Assembly: GCF_006345805.1 (NCBI RefSeq)
Contig: NC_043017.1
Coordinates: 7,068,001-7,132,000 of the forward strand
Direction: 5' to 3'
Length of the DNA: 64,000 nucleotides
Origin: Octopus sinensis
Lineage: Eukaryota
Shown here: positions 11,804-24,640 of the stretch, one piece after another
How the letters are laid out: every line of letters begins with the position of its first letter
How positions within the stretch are numbered: position 1 is the stretch's first letter
The notes under the pieces: model-generated
Told to the model about the DNA's origin: nothing
The model's input: only the letters and a program-made list of their open reading frames with translations
The model's database searches: none
Translations under genes and position numbers: made by a program

Positions 11804-12290
11804 AAGGCGGCGAGCTGGCTGAAATGCTAGCATGTCAGGCGAAATGCTTAGCGGTATTGCGTCTGTCTTTACGTTCTGAGTTCAAATTCTGCCGAGGTTG
11901 CCTTTGCCTTTCATCCTTTCGGGTCAATAAATTAAGTACCTATTTCTTTATTATCTACAAGGGGCTAAACATAGAGGGGACAAACAAGGACAGACATAGG
12001 TATTAAGTCGATTACATTGACCCCAGTGCGTAACTGGTACTTAATTTATCGACCCCGAAAGGATGAAAGGCAAAGTCAACCTCGGCGGAATTTGAACTCA
12101 CAACGTAACGACAAGCGAAATACCGTTAAGCATTTCGCCCGGCGTGCTAACGTTTCTGCCAGCTCTCCGCTGGGGTCGATAATTTAAGTACCAGTTACAC
12201 ACTGGGGTTGATGTAATCAACTTAATCCCTTTGTCTGTCCTTGTTTGTCCCCTCTATGTTTAGCCCCTTGTGGGCAATAAAGAAATAAGA
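11804..12290. mobile_element. SINE family 3 (+) with a nested family-3 copy (-) at 11941-12170
   Basis: aaggcggcgagctggc.. head; the host is split at ggtc(a/g)ataa(a/t)ttaagtacc, which flanks the inner copy on both sides. Confidence 0.75.
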
Positions 12291-12406
12291 ATTGAAGGTT
12301 GGGATAATCCCCATGTTTAGATAGAGGCTTTGTATTGCTATTTATTTGAGAACATAATGACTTGACATCTTTACATAACATTATATTTTTTTCTTTTCTG
12401 ACACAG

Positions 12407-12482
12407 CACCAGAAATTGCCGAAAATAAAAACTACAGTCAGCAGTGTGATGTCTGGGCCTTGGGTATCATTACATATCAGTT
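12407..12482 (+). CDS. STK33: STK33-like kinase exon (APE, subdomain IX)
   Basis: acacag|CACCAG..CAGTT|gtaagt; (A)PEIAENKNYSQQCDVWALGIITYQ(L); the YSQQCDVW motif resembles STK33. Confidence 0.95.
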
Positions 12483-12842
12483 GTAAGTTGTAAAGATTCC
12501 TTGCTTTTATAGCTGCACTTCACCTCTGACCAAAATCTAAGCTCAGGCTCAAATGTAGATCTAAACTCAACCACAAAATCCAGTCTTCACTCAAACTACA
12601 CACAAACTGTGTCTCAGCTATATCAGTTCAATATTTGCATTACACTTGATAAAATGATCAGTTGTAAATTCTAAAGATTCCTTGCTTTTTTAGCTGCACT
12701 TCAACTGTAGCTAAAATCTAAATTCAAACCCAAACTCAAACACAGGTCTAAACTCAAATACAAAATCTAGTCTTCACTCAAGCTACACCTCAGCTACACC
12801 AGTTGAGTATTTGCATTACACTCAACAAAGTGAGCTTCTGAA

Positions 12843-13500
12843 CCCTTTTGATACCAACCTGGCTGAAACCACCTCTAGTTCTGTAGTACAAATGTTGTTT
12901 CCATAAGTTTTGAATTAAAATCTTCCACCAAACCTTAGTCACAATTTATGTTCTTGACACTAGCTTATTAATAACTAAGTTATTTTACTAAATTGTTTGT
13001 TTTATTTAAAGTAATTGAAAGAAACACAGAGCATCTCAAAATAAATACGGTAACAAAAGGGTTAAAATATATAATAGAGAAACAAGTCTTAACCCTTTTG
13101 ATATCAACCTGCCTAAAACCGTCTCTGGCCCCATGGTACAAATGTCTTGCTTTCATAAATTTTTAATTATAATCTTCCACCAAACCTTAGTTACAATTTA
13201 TGTTCCTAACACTAGCTGAATGATAACTAAGTTAGTTTACTAAATTCTTTGTTATATTTAAGATTAATTGAAAGAAACACAGAGTATCTCTACAGAAATA
13301 TGTATATAATAGAGAAACAAGTCTTAACCCTTTTGATATCAACCTGCCTAAAACCGTCTCTGGCCCCATGGTACAAATGTCTTGCTTTCATAAATTTTTG
13401 ATTATAATCTTCCACCAAACCTTAGTTACAATTTATGCTCCTAACACTAGTTTAATGATAACTAAGTTAGTTTACTGAATTCTTTGTTATATTTAAATTC
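12843..13500 (+). mobile_element. piggyBac-type MITE (12843-13061) followed by two tandem truncated copies (~239-bp period)
   Basis: CCCTTTTG...CAAAAGGG|TTAA; 13071-13309 is repeated at 13310-13498. Confidence 0.7.
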
Positions 13501-13867
13501 AACTTGGGACTGGAACAATAGAATGATTGCCTTACAGAATTAATTCTCATCCGTCCTTCATTTCTGATCAAACACCACCAAGGCAAACAGTCATTATAGG
13601 TGTATTGTAGTCATGCTATTTAGCTCTCTTTATTTTTGGGCTGCAGGGACAATTAGCCCTCCACAGAAGGTAGCCTAAAAGTCCGCACAAAGGGCAGCTT
13701 TTGAGCTAGTTATTTGTAACTCTAAGCAACATTCAAGCTTTACAACAATGACACTACACTTACACAACAAAGACACACAAGAGACCACAGCCTTAGCTTC
13801 GTTAATCCCAACTCATATTATTCGTCCTTTATTTATATATTTTCTAAACTTTTTTGTCTTCCGACAG

Positions 13868-13980
13868 ACTCTGCGGTTATACACCCTTTTATGCCAATGA
13901 TGAGAAAGAATTGATTAAGAAAATAAAAATCGGGAAAATTGTATTTAATTCACCTGAGTGGGACAATGTCAGCAGTGAAG
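13868..13980 (+). CDS. STK33: STK33-like kinase exon (subdomain X)
   Basis: cgacag|ACTCTG..GAAG|gttggt; (L)LCGYTPFYANDEKELIKKIKIGKIVFNSPEWDNVSSE(A). Confidence 0.92.
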
Positions 13981-14049
13981 GTTGGTTGTTACCTGTTGCT
14001 CATGATTTTTGTAGTCATATGTAAATCAGGGATATGTTTATGTGTATCT

Positions 14050-14282
14050 ATTTCTCTACTACCCACAAGGGGTTAAACACAGAGAGGACAAACAAGGACA
14101 GGCAAACGGATTAAGTCGATTATATCGATCCCAGTGCGTAACTGGTACTTATTTAATCGACCCCGAAAGGATGAAAGGCAAAGTCGACCTCGGCGGAATT
14201 TGAACTCAGAACGTAATGTCAGACGAAATATGGCTACGCATTTCGCCCGGCGTGCTAACGTTTCTGCCAGCTCGCCGCTGGC
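14050..14282 (-). mobile_element. SINE family 3
   Basis: Consensus match; others at 45205-45435, 50405-50640, 52990-53200, 57060-57260, 58555-58775, 60140-60330. Confidence 0.75.
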
Positions 14283-15399
14283 ATCTTAATACACTGATAC
14301 ACATCTTAATCCCTTAATACACTGATACACATCTTATGTGTATCAGTGTATTAAGGGATCTAGAACAGAGACAGTATCAGCTGGGAAGGTTGGTCAGCAG
14401 TGATTTCCAGTGATAATGATGATGACAGTTTCTTCATGTCTGAAGATGATGAGGAAGAACAGCATACCCTCGAGGGATTATGTAGACCAATCCTTAATGC
14501 TGCTGGGATTTTCTTCCTGCCTACACTAAGTAGTTTCAAAGTGGGAGTCCATCCACACAACCCAATCCTACTCTTTAGTCTTGGTGGTTTGACCATAGTG
14601 GCTTGGCAGGCTGAAATGGCTGTGGTGACCAGCAAGCTGTAGGTTTTATATTAGAGCGGTAAAGGTTACCATGCCAACTCATAAGGGCCAGTTTCCCGGT
14701 TTCCATAACATATAAATTCTCCCCTTTTGTCAGGATGTCAGACCATCTCAAGGTTGCTCCTCTTTACCAGCTGAGTGGACTGAAGCGACATGAAATGAAG
14801 TGTTTTGCTCAAGAACACAATGCGTTGCCCAGTCCAGGAAGTGAAACCACAATCTTGTGACCCTAAGTCCAACACCCTAACCACTAAGCCATGTGCCTCC
14901 ACAATAATGGAAAAATGGTGAATTGCCTTACAGGGCTGGAAAACTCCATCTACCCTGAAGATGCTGGGAGAATGTCAAAGGGGGCACTGGACCACTTGAG
15001 GAACTCTACTCCTTAATTTTCTCGTGAGATTGATTCCCCTAACCTCCTTTCCCTAGGCACTCACAAGGCAGCAAGGGTTTGTGCTTGGAGCTGATGGTGT
15101 AGGTCAGTCATTGGAGGCAGAGAAATGACTAAATAACCTGAAATAGTCAAAATATTTGATGGAATAACTAAGTTTTGACTTTTTATAGATCACACAACTG
15201 TGATGCAGATCTTTGCAATTCGCACCACGATGCAGACTTTCAGATGAGCAAAAGGGCCATTTCTATGAGACCCCACCCCTGTAGACTACCTTGATAATAG
15301 ACAACAGCGATGATTTCAGTGAAGGATTTAGTATGTAGGTAGGGCTTGGGCTTCAACCTCACCTCCTGTTTGCTATAGTTGCCTTGGTTAACAGAGGGG

Positions 15400-15905
15400 T
15401 TTAAGATCAGATCTCCATGGGTGCTTCTGTTGCCAATGACTTATGTTCTCAGAGCTGAACCCATGGAAGAATTAGAGAAGAAACTAAATGTGGAAGCAAA
15501 GCCAAGAGTTGAGGAGTCTGCATAGGCAAAAGTTTTAGTTAACTGGAAAGAAGACAGGATTCTCCTACTGTCTGAGAAAGGGCCACGCTTATTATGCATA
15601 AAAATAGTAGATAGAAATTCCTCTAGTGAACCCAAATTGAACTCTAGGTGCACAAGGGGTGCAGTAGGATTACAAGCAAATTGATAGAGAAAGAAGATTT
15701 TGACTTCATAGGCAATTATGGGGTTAGTTAATAGCAAGAACATACATGATGTAAATTCTTGTAAATGCTTGGAAGGTTATGTAGAAGTAGTTGATAGCTT
15801 CTATTAAGTAGGTGCCCTTGAGTTTAGATGCTGCCAAGGTCGGCTTTCAGATGAGAAGCAAAGTTGATCTTGATAACAATTGAACTCAAGGTCACCTAAA
15901 TAATG
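15400..15905 (-). mobile_element. Highly decayed LINE RT remnant (CR1/Jockey-group-like)
   Basis: Minus frame contains TFAYADSSTL (YADD-like); the rest is degenerate. Confidence 0.4.
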
Positions 15906-16509
15906 GAAGCTATCAATCAACTACTTTGGGGTGGGGGTGCTCAAGGAAATAAGTACCAGTTGAGCACTGGAGTTGAACTAATTGACTAGCCCCCAAGCCC
16001 CCCAACTGCTACCCCCACCCCTGCTGCCTGCTTCCGGGGGGGGGGGGCACAAAATTTCAGATCTTATGCCTGTAATAGAAAGGATTATTGAAGTGACCTA
16101 AATAGCGATAGAGGAATGTATTCTAAAAACAATGATGCTAGAGTAAGAACAGGATGGGGGGAAAAAAATTAGGGAGCTATTACCTGTGGAGGTAACAAAG
16201 ATTCCCTCCTCTCCCTCTCTCTCTTACCCCCACCCCTCCACTCTGAGTGAAGAGTGAAGGGGAAGTTGTATGATGATGATGATGTGTGATGTTGCAATAC
16301 AGCAAAGCATAGGTTTTGGGATGTAGAGGACAAGCAAAGCAGCGGAGGCTGGAAAGAAACAAGGCTTGTATTCTCAATTGTATATAGAATGTTAGTGTAC
16401 ATAAGCAGTGGAGCACAAATGAACCAGAAAAAAAACTCTGTGTGTGTGTGTGTGAAGTGACATGGCTTAGTGGTCAGGATATTTTGCTGCTAATCACGAA
16501 GTTTGATTG

Positions 16510-16839
16510 TGAGCTGTGTGTTGTCTCCTTGAGCTAGATATTTTATCTCATGTTGTTCCAGTCACCTCAGCTGGTGGCAAAAATGAGCTGTACCAGCCGA
16601 CCTTGTCACATTTTGTGTCACACAGAATCTCCCTGGGAACTATGTTATGGGTCATGCATGTATATATATATGTGTGTGTGTATACATATATATATATATA
16701 TATATATACACACATGCATATACATTTATATTTATATACACATACACACACACACACATATATATTTATATATACATACATATATACATTTATTTATATA
16801 TACACACTCAGACACACACACACACACACACTCATATAT

Positions 16840-16879
<40 letters not shown>

Positions 16880-17030
16880 GCATGACCCTTAACACAGTTC
16901 TCAGGGACATTCTCTGTGACACAAAATGTGACAAGGTCGGCTGGTACAACTCATTTTTGCCACCAGCTGAGGTGACTGGACCAATATGAGATAAAATGTC
17001 TTGCTCAAGGAGACAACAACACACAGCTCA
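16510..17030. repeat. Inverted pair of ~150-bp SINE segments around a (TA/CA)n spacer
   Basis: 16510-16659 matches the reverse complement of 16878-17030, with shared long identical blocks. Confidence 0.9.
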
Positions 17031-17281
17031 TGTTTTCCATGAAAGACTGGAAACAAACAACATTGCTCTTATGATGATGATGATGCTCGTTTACACCCAT
17101 CACATGACGACTGGACAAGGACACACACACAGAGTACCAGACAGAGACAAAGAGTGATGTATGTATTTGTAGATGTGGTGGTGTGCATGCACGTACTGAT
17201 AACATAAGATCATAAACTGCTAAAATGGGTTTTTTTGTTTCTTGACATTTTTTCTTTTCTTTTTTTTTTTTGAAATTTCAG

Positions 17282-17367
17282 CCAAAGACTTCGTCAAAAA
17301 ATTATTGCATGTTGATCCGAGTCATCGTTTGACGGCATTTGAGGCCTCACACCACCCTTGGCTTACG
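17282..17367 (+). CDS. STK33: STK33-like kinase exon (subdomain XI)
   Basis: tttcag|CCAAAG..TTACG|gtaggt; (A)KDFVKKLLHVDPSHRLTAFEASHHPWLT. Confidence 0.93.
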
Positions 17368-17516
17368 GTAGGTCTTCCATACCTCTTTCTATCTACTCTG
17401 ACATCGTAATTGGTAAAACATAAAACACTTCCCTTTATGACTATCTGCTCCTCACCACCACCAGCACCACCACTGCCACCATTTAACCATTTCTCTGCAG
17501 ACTGAAAAAAATTATG

Positions 17517-17566
17517 AACAACCTTAATCAATTTTCGAACCTTATTGGTTTCTCATCAGAGGCGTC
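17517..17566 (-). ncRNA. Degenerate type I hammerhead-like motif, family B
   Basis: GACGCCU-CUGAUGA-GAAACC aauaa GGUUC-GAAA-AUUGAU-UA-AGGUUGUU; all three stems can form, with bulges. Confidence 0.5.
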
Positions 17567-17596
17567 TACATCATTCTGCCAGTCTCCAGAGAAACA

Positions 17597-17635
<39 letters not shown>

Positions 17636-17718
17636 TATATCATATATACATGAAATACAGACTAGCACTCATCAACAAATGTTAATTGGTTTTCTTAACT
17701 GAAAAAAAAAACAAAAAC

Positions 17719-17950
17719 TGTAAGCTAACGAATATATTTATGTAATTCTTGTCCTTTGCTAACGAATATATTTATGTTAGGCGCAGGAGTGGCTGTGTGG
17801 TAAGTAGCTTGTTTACCAACCACAGGGTTCCGTGTTCAGTCCCACTGCATGGCACCTTGGGCAAGTGTCTTCTACTATAGCCTCGGGCCGACCAAAGCCT
17901 TGTGAGTGGATTTGGTAGACGGAAACTGAAAGAAGCCCATCGTATATATG

Positions 17951-17983
<33 letters not shown>

Positions 17984-18397
17984 TTGTCCCCCTAGCATTG
18001 CTTGACAACCAATGCTGGTGTGTTTATGTCCCCGTCACTTAGCGGTTCGGCAAAAGAGACCGATAGAATAAGTACTGGGCTTACAAAAGAATAAGTCCCG
18101 GGGTTGAGTTGCTCGATTAAAGGTGGTGCTCCAGCATGGCCACAGTCAAATGACTGAAACAAGTAAAAGAGTAAAAGTGTATGTAATTCTTGTCCTTTGC
18201 TAACGAATATATTTATGTAATTCTTGTCCTTTGCTAACGAATATATTTATGTAATTCTTGTCCTTTGCTAATGAATATATTTATGTAATTCTTGTCCTTT
18301 GCTAACGAATATATTTATGTAATTCTTGTCCTTTGCTAACGAATATATTTATGTAATTCTTGTCCTTTGCTAACGAATATATTTATGTAATTCTTGT
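17719..18397. repeat. 34-bp minisatellite (about 8 units) split by a SINE
   Basis: atgtaattcttgtcctttgctaacgaatatattt. Confidence 0.9.
17778..18177 (+). mobile_element. SINE family 1 inserted in a 34-bp minisatellite
   Basis: Same consensus; minisatellite units on both flanks. Confidence 0.85.
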
Positions 18398-18481
18398 CTT
18401 TTGGCCATTTATCATTGATGGATATTTTGTTCTGTAGTTGTGTCGCTGCTTATCCGAGTGTCTTCTGGAATATTCTTGCAG

Positions 18482-18628
18482 GGAATCAAAGACGACACCC
18501 GTCAGTCATCCAACGTTCTGGAATTGATGACGTACTGGCAAGAGGACCTGAAGAAGGACCACTTGAAGAAGAACTTCAACAGTGACAGCAGCCTTGGTTC
18601 CAAAGATTCCGCTGGCTGGGAGGAAAAC
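18482..18628 (+). CDS. STK33: STK33-like post-kinase exon
   Basis: ttgcag|GGAATC..GAAAAC|gtaagc; GIKDDTRQSSNVLELMTYWQEDLKK..; NVLELMTYW matches the STK33 NVLEMMKEW motif as recalled. Confidence 0.88.
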
Positions 18629-18663
18629 GTAAGCATCTACCTCAAGATCATCGTTTGGTCGGT

Positions 18664-21511
18664 TAGCGGGGTGGGGGTGGGGTGGGATTGAAGGGGTTAA
18701 TTGGTGGTTGGGTGGGTAACTTGTTGAGTGGGTTGGTTGCTTGCTTGGTGGATTGGTACTTTGGTGGGTGGATGGCTGGGTAACTTAGTAGCTTTAGCGG
18801 GGGTGGGGGTGGGGGTGGGAGATTGAAGGGGTTAATTGGTGGTTGGGTGGGTAACTTGTTGATGTGGATTGGTTGGTTGCTTGGTGGATTGGTACTACTT
18901 GGTGGGTGGATGGCTGCTGGGTACCTTGGAAATGGATGAATGGGTAACTTGGAAGCTTTAGCGGGGTGGGGTGGGGTGGGATTGAAGGGGTTAATTGGTG
19001 GTTGGGTGGGTAACTTGTTGAGTGGATTTGTACTTTGGTGGGTGGATTGGTACTTTGGTGGGTGGATGGCTGGGTAACTTAGTAGCTTTAGCGGGGTGGG
19101 CGTGGGAGATTGAAGGGGTTAATTGGTGGTTGGGTGGGTAACTTGTTGAGTGGATTGGTTGGTTGCTTGGTGGATTGGTACTTTGGTGGGTGGATGGCTG
19201 GGTACCTTGGAAATGGATGAATGGGTAACTTGGAAGCTTTAGCGGGGTGGGGGTGGGGTGGGATGAAGGGTTAATTGGTGGTTGGGTGGGTAACTTGTTG
19301 AGTGGATTTGTACTTTGGGGGTGGTTGGTACTTTGGTGGGTGGATGGCTGGGTAACTTAGTAGCTTTAGCGGGGGGGGCGTGGGAGATTGAAGGGGTTAA
19401 TTGGTGGTTGGGTGGGTAACTTGTTGAGTGGATTGGTTGGTGGTTGCTTGGTGGATTGTACTTTGGGGGTGGATGGCTGGGTACCTTGGAAATGGATGAA
19501 TGGGTAACTTGGAAGCTTTAGCGGGGTGGGGTGGGGTGGGGTGGGATTGAAGGGTTAATTGGGGTTGGTTGTGGGTAACTTGTTGAGTGGATTTGTACTT
19601 TGGTGGGTGGATTGGTACTTTGGTGGGTGGATGGCTGGGTAACTTAGTAGCTTTAGCGGGGTGGCGTGGGAGATTGAAGGGGTTAATTGGTGGTTGGGTG
19701 GGTAACTTGTTGAGTGGATTGGTTGGTTGCTTGGTGGATTGGTACTTTGGTGGGTGGATGGCTGGGTACCTTGGAAATGGATGAATGGGTAACTTGGAAG
19801 CTTTAGCGGGGTGGGGTGGGGTGGGATTGAAGGGGTAATTGGTGGTTGGGTGGGTGGTAACTTGTTGAGTGGATTTGTACTTTGGTGGGTGGATTGGTAC
19901 TTTGGTGGGTGGATGGCTGGGTAACTTAGTAGCTTTAGCGGGGTGGGCGTGGGAGATTGAAGGGGTTAATTGGTGGTTGGGTGGGTAACTTGTTGAGTGG
20001 ATTGGTTGGTTGCTTGGTGGATTGGTACTTTGGTGGGTGGATGGCTGGGTACCTTGGAAATGGATGAATGGGTAACTTGGAAGCTTTAGCGGGGTGGGGG
20101 TGGGGTGGGATTGAAGGGGTTAATTGGTGGTTGGGTGGGTAACTTGTTGAGTGGATTTGTACTTTGGTGGGTGGATTGGTACTTTGGTGGGTGGATGGCT
20201 GGGTAACTTAGTAGCTTTAGCGGGGTGGGCGTGGGAGATTGAAGGGGTTAATTGGTGGTTGGGTGGGTAACTTGTTGAGTGGATTGGTTGGTTGCTTGGT
20301 GGATTGGTACTTTGGTGGGTGGATGGCTGGGTACTTTGGAAGTGGATGTATGGGTAACTTAGAAGCTTTAGCGGGGTGGGGGTGGGGTGGGATTGAAGGG
20401 TTAATTGGTGGTTGGTGGGTACTTGTTGAGTGGATTTGTACTTTGGTGGGTGGATTGGTACTTTGGTGGGTGGATGGCTGGGTAACTTAGTACTTTAGCG
20501 GGGTGGGCGTGGAGATTGAAGGGGTTAATTGTGGTGGGTGGGTGGGAACTTGTTGAGGGATTGGTTGGTTGCTTGGTGGATTGGTACTTTGGGGGTGGAT
20601 GGCTGGGTACCTTGGAAATGGATGAATGGGTAACTTGGAAGCTTTAGGGGGTGGGGGTGGGGTGGGATTGAAGGGGTTAATGGTGGTTGGGTGGGTAACT
20701 TGTTGAGTGGATTTGTACTTTGGTGGGTGGATTGGTACTTTGGTGGGTGGATGGCTGGGTAACTTAGTAGCTTTAGCGGGGTGGGCGTGGGAGATTGAAG
20801 GGGTTAATTGGTGGTTGGGTGGGTAACTTGTTGAGTGGATTGGTTGGTTGCTTGGTGGATTTGTACTTTGGTGGGTGGATGGCTGGGTACTTTGGAAATG
20901 GATGAATGGGTAACTTGGAAGCTTTAGCGGGGTGGGGGGGGGGGGATTGAAGGGGTTAATTGGTGGTTGGGTGGGTAACTTGTTGAGTGGATTGGTTGGT
21001 TTGCTTGGTGGATTTGTACTTTGGTGGGTGGATGGCTGGGTACTTTGGAAGTGGATGAATGGGTAACTTGGAAGCTTTAGCGGGGTGGGGTGGGGTGGGA
21101 TTGAAGGGGTTAATTGGTGGTTGGGTGGGTAACTTGTTGAGTGGATTTGTACTTGGTGGGTGGATTGGTACTTTGGTGGTGGATGGCGGGTGTTAACTTA
21201 GTAGCTTTAGCGGGGTGGGCGTGGAGATTGAAGGGGTTAATTGGTGGTTGGGTGGGTAACTTGTTGAGTGGATTGGTTGGTTGCTTGGTGGATTGGTACT
21301 TTGGTGGGTGGATGGCTGGGTACCTTGGAAATGGATGAATGGGTAACTTGGAAGCTTTAGCGGGGTGGGGTGGGGTGGGATTGAAGGGGTTAATTGGTGG
21401 TTGGGTGGGTAACTTGTTGAGTGGATTGGTTGGTTTGCTTGGTGGATTTGTACTTTGGTGGGTGGATGGCTGGGTACCTTGGAAATGGATGAATGGGTAA
21501 CTTGGAAGCTT
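18664..21511 (+). repeat. G/T-rich minisatellite, ~130/150-bp monomers in a ~282-bp dimer, about 10 dimers
   Basis: ggaagctttagcgggg recurs every 280-285 bp; each monomer starts with a G-run cluster such as GGGGTGGGGGTGGGGTGGG. Confidence 0.9.
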
Positions 21512-22499
21512 CGTCCATGAGTGGGTGGGTAAGCGGGGTGATTAAAGGGTGAGTTTGTAGCGAGATAGCTTGGTCATTTAGTGGGTGAAATTTAAGGGTG
21601 AATGGTTGGCTTGGTAGCTAAGTGGGTAGTTTTGTGGTTTGCTTGGTGGAGGTGGGGGAGTTGGTGGCTAGACCAACAGATGGTGGGTGTTTGATGGTCA
21701 AATGAGTGACTTAATTGGCAAGAGGTCAACTGTTTGAGTTGCTATGGGTGTCTGGGTGGATCGGCTGGGAGATTTTTACTCTTAATTACTGTGTTTGGAG
21801 TGTGAGGACTGTGATGGTAGTGGTATGAGTGACATGATGGCTGGAGGTGGGGGGGGGCAGTAGTAACAGTATGGTGGTCAGTTACAGTGACTGATGGTGC
21901 TGTAGTGGTAATGAGGATATAAGTGGTTGTATGGTGGAGATGGTGGTGTTGGTGATTGTAGTAGCGATGGTGGCAGTAGCAGTAGTAGTGGTGTGGTGAT
22001 AGTGGCAGAGGTAGCAGTGGCAGCGATGGTGGGCAGTGCTGGTTGGTGGTGGCAGTGGTGGGTGGGTGTTGGTAGGTGGGCATTAGTAGTGGTAGTGGTA
22101 GTTGTGGTGAAGGTAGCAGTGGTGGTGCTAGTGCTGGTGTTGGTGGTGATGGAGATGTGGTGATGTGATAGTAGCAAAGATGCTTTCTGGTGACATTCAA
22201 CCATGGTGGATTTGCTGACCAAAGTCCTGCTATGGTGGTGTTGGTTTTGATGTTGAAGATTAGGATAATTCTTTCATTCTTTTAATTGTTTCAGTCATTT
22301 GACTGCGGCCATGCTGGAGCACCACCTTTAGCCGAACAAATCAACCCCAGGACTTATTCTTTGTAAGCCTGGTACTCATTCTATCAGTGTCTTTTACCAC
22401 TGAGTTATGGGGACATAAACACACCAACATCGGTTGACAATGATGGGGTAGGGGGGGAACAAACACGGACACATAAATACATACGTACATACATACACA

Positions 22500-22550
22500 C
22501 ACACATGTATTTATATATATATACATACATATATATATATAATATATTAT

Positions 22551-22595
<45 letters not shown>

Positions 22596-22868
22596 TATAT
22601 ATAATATATATATATACATACATATATATATTATATATATATAATATATATATATACAACATATATATATAATATATATAATATAATATATAATATATAT
22701 ACATACCATTATATATTAACAAATAATATATTATATATATAATAATATATATATATATACATACATATATATATATAACATATATTATATATATAATATA
22801 TATATATATATATATCTATACATACATATACATCTAATATATATATTATATATATATATATATATATA

Positions 22869-22935
<67 letters not shown>

Positions 22936-23060
22936 ATATATATACAATATATATACATATATATATATATCTTATATACATACATATATATACATATAAT
23001 ATATACATATATTATAATAATCTATATAATATATATATATATAATATTATATATACATAC

Positions 23061-23117
<57 letters not shown>

Positions 23118-23148
23118 TATATATTATATAACATACATATTATTATAC

Positions 23149-23210
<62 letters not shown>

Positions 23211-23255
23211 CATATATATATAACATATATATATAATATATATATATATACATAC

Positions 23256-23292
<37 letters not shown>

Positions 23293-23335
23293 CATATATA
23301 TATAATATATATATAATATCATACATATATATAAG
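22500..23335. repeat. (TA)n-rich microsatellite
   Basis: Directly visible. Confidence 0.95.
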
Positions 23336-23675
23336 GGTAAAGGACCCCTTCGGTCATGAATGACCATGGGATTGCACCTAGAAAGTTACCCTCCTAGACA
23401 CAAGTCCGGGCAAGGTTGTTTATGGAAGACCAGCAGTCGCCCATGCATACCAGCCTCCCCTCTCCACACCACTGATGTTATCCAAAGGAAAGACAAAGGT
23501 CGATACAGCTTGGCACCAGTGACGTCGCAACTCATTTCTACAGCTGAGTGAACTGGAGCAACGTGAAATAAAGTGCTTTGCTCAAGAACACAACACGCAG
23601 CCCAGACCGGGATTCGAGCTCACAACCTCACGATCGTAAGCTCGACGCTCTAACCACTGAGCCATGCGCCTTCAC
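23336..23675 (-). mobile_element. SINE family 2
   Basis: Reverse complement of 7478-7815. Confidence 0.8.
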
Positions 23676-24108
23676 ACATTTATATATATTTAATAATATA
23701 TACATACATATATATATATATATATATAATATATATATATACATACATATATATATATATATAATATATATATACATACATATATATATATATATATATT
23801 CTGAATTTATGTGAATGTGTATAGAATGATATAGCAATTGAATAAAGTTAAAACGTGGTCTGGTTTTCACGTTTTCTATTATGGTACTTTAACACTAAAA
23901 AAATATTTTGTATTGCTCATAAAGTGGTGGTGGGATGTGGTAGCGATGATTGTTGTAGTGGTTGTGATGGTAAGTGTGAAACCATCCCTGCCCCCTCCTT
24001 GAATGCAGCATCCCCTTCAAGATGATAACAAAACCTGAAAAAAAAAAAACCAAATAAACAAATATGTTTTTTTTACTTTTTTTTTTTCTGATTATTAATA
24101 ATTTGCAG

Positions 24109-24309
24109 GAAACAGAGGACGTGAAATCTAATGGTTCCAAAGATGGACAGATCACGAGCACAGTGCTAAAGACATCCCTCACCAATTCACCACCAGAATA
24201 CCGACTCAGGAGAATCTCAACCCAACCTAAACTCTCAGCTTTTGTGCAGGATTCGGAAAGTTTTGGATCGTCTTCTTCGGGCAGAAAGATGTCAAAGAAG
24301 AAGGATTAA
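24109..24309 (+). CDS. STK33: STK33-like terminal coding exon
   Basis: Polypyrimidine tract then ttgcag|GAAACA; phase 0 matches the previous exon; ETEDVKSNGSKDGQ..RKMSKKKD* with TAA at 24307-24309. Confidence 0.75.
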   Translation, partial: ETEDVKSNGSKDGQITSTVLKTSLTNSPPEYRLRRISTQPKLSAFVQDSESFGSSSSGRKMSKKKD

Positions 24310-24324
24310 ACGCAACGCAAAATT

Positions 24325-24449
24325 TCTATTATTATAATATAATTATTATTATTATTATTATTTTTGTTATCGTTATTATTATTATATTATATTATTATTA
24401 TTATTATTATCGTTATTATTATTGTTATTATATTATTATTATTATTATT

Positions 24450-24487
<38 letters not shown>

Positions 24488-24603
24488 CGTTATTATTATT
24501 GTTTTATTATTATTATATATTATTTTTGTTATATATTATTATCGTTATTATTCAGTTATTATTATTATTATTCATTATTATTATATTATTATTATTTTGG
24601 TTA

Positions 24604-24634
<31 letters not shown>

Positions 24635-24640
24635 TACTAA
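24325..24640. repeat. (TAT)n microsatellite just after the STK33 stop
   Basis: Directly visible. Confidence 0.95.

Noticed and set aside
14400-14642. Acidic ORF (SDNDDDSFFMSEDDEEEQ) as an extra STK33 exon
   Set aside because: The kinase frame is already continuous from 13980 to 17282 with compatible phases; no convincing splice sites.
19587-21338. G/W/L-rich ORFs resembling membrane peptides
   Set aside because: Products of the G-rich minisatellite units.
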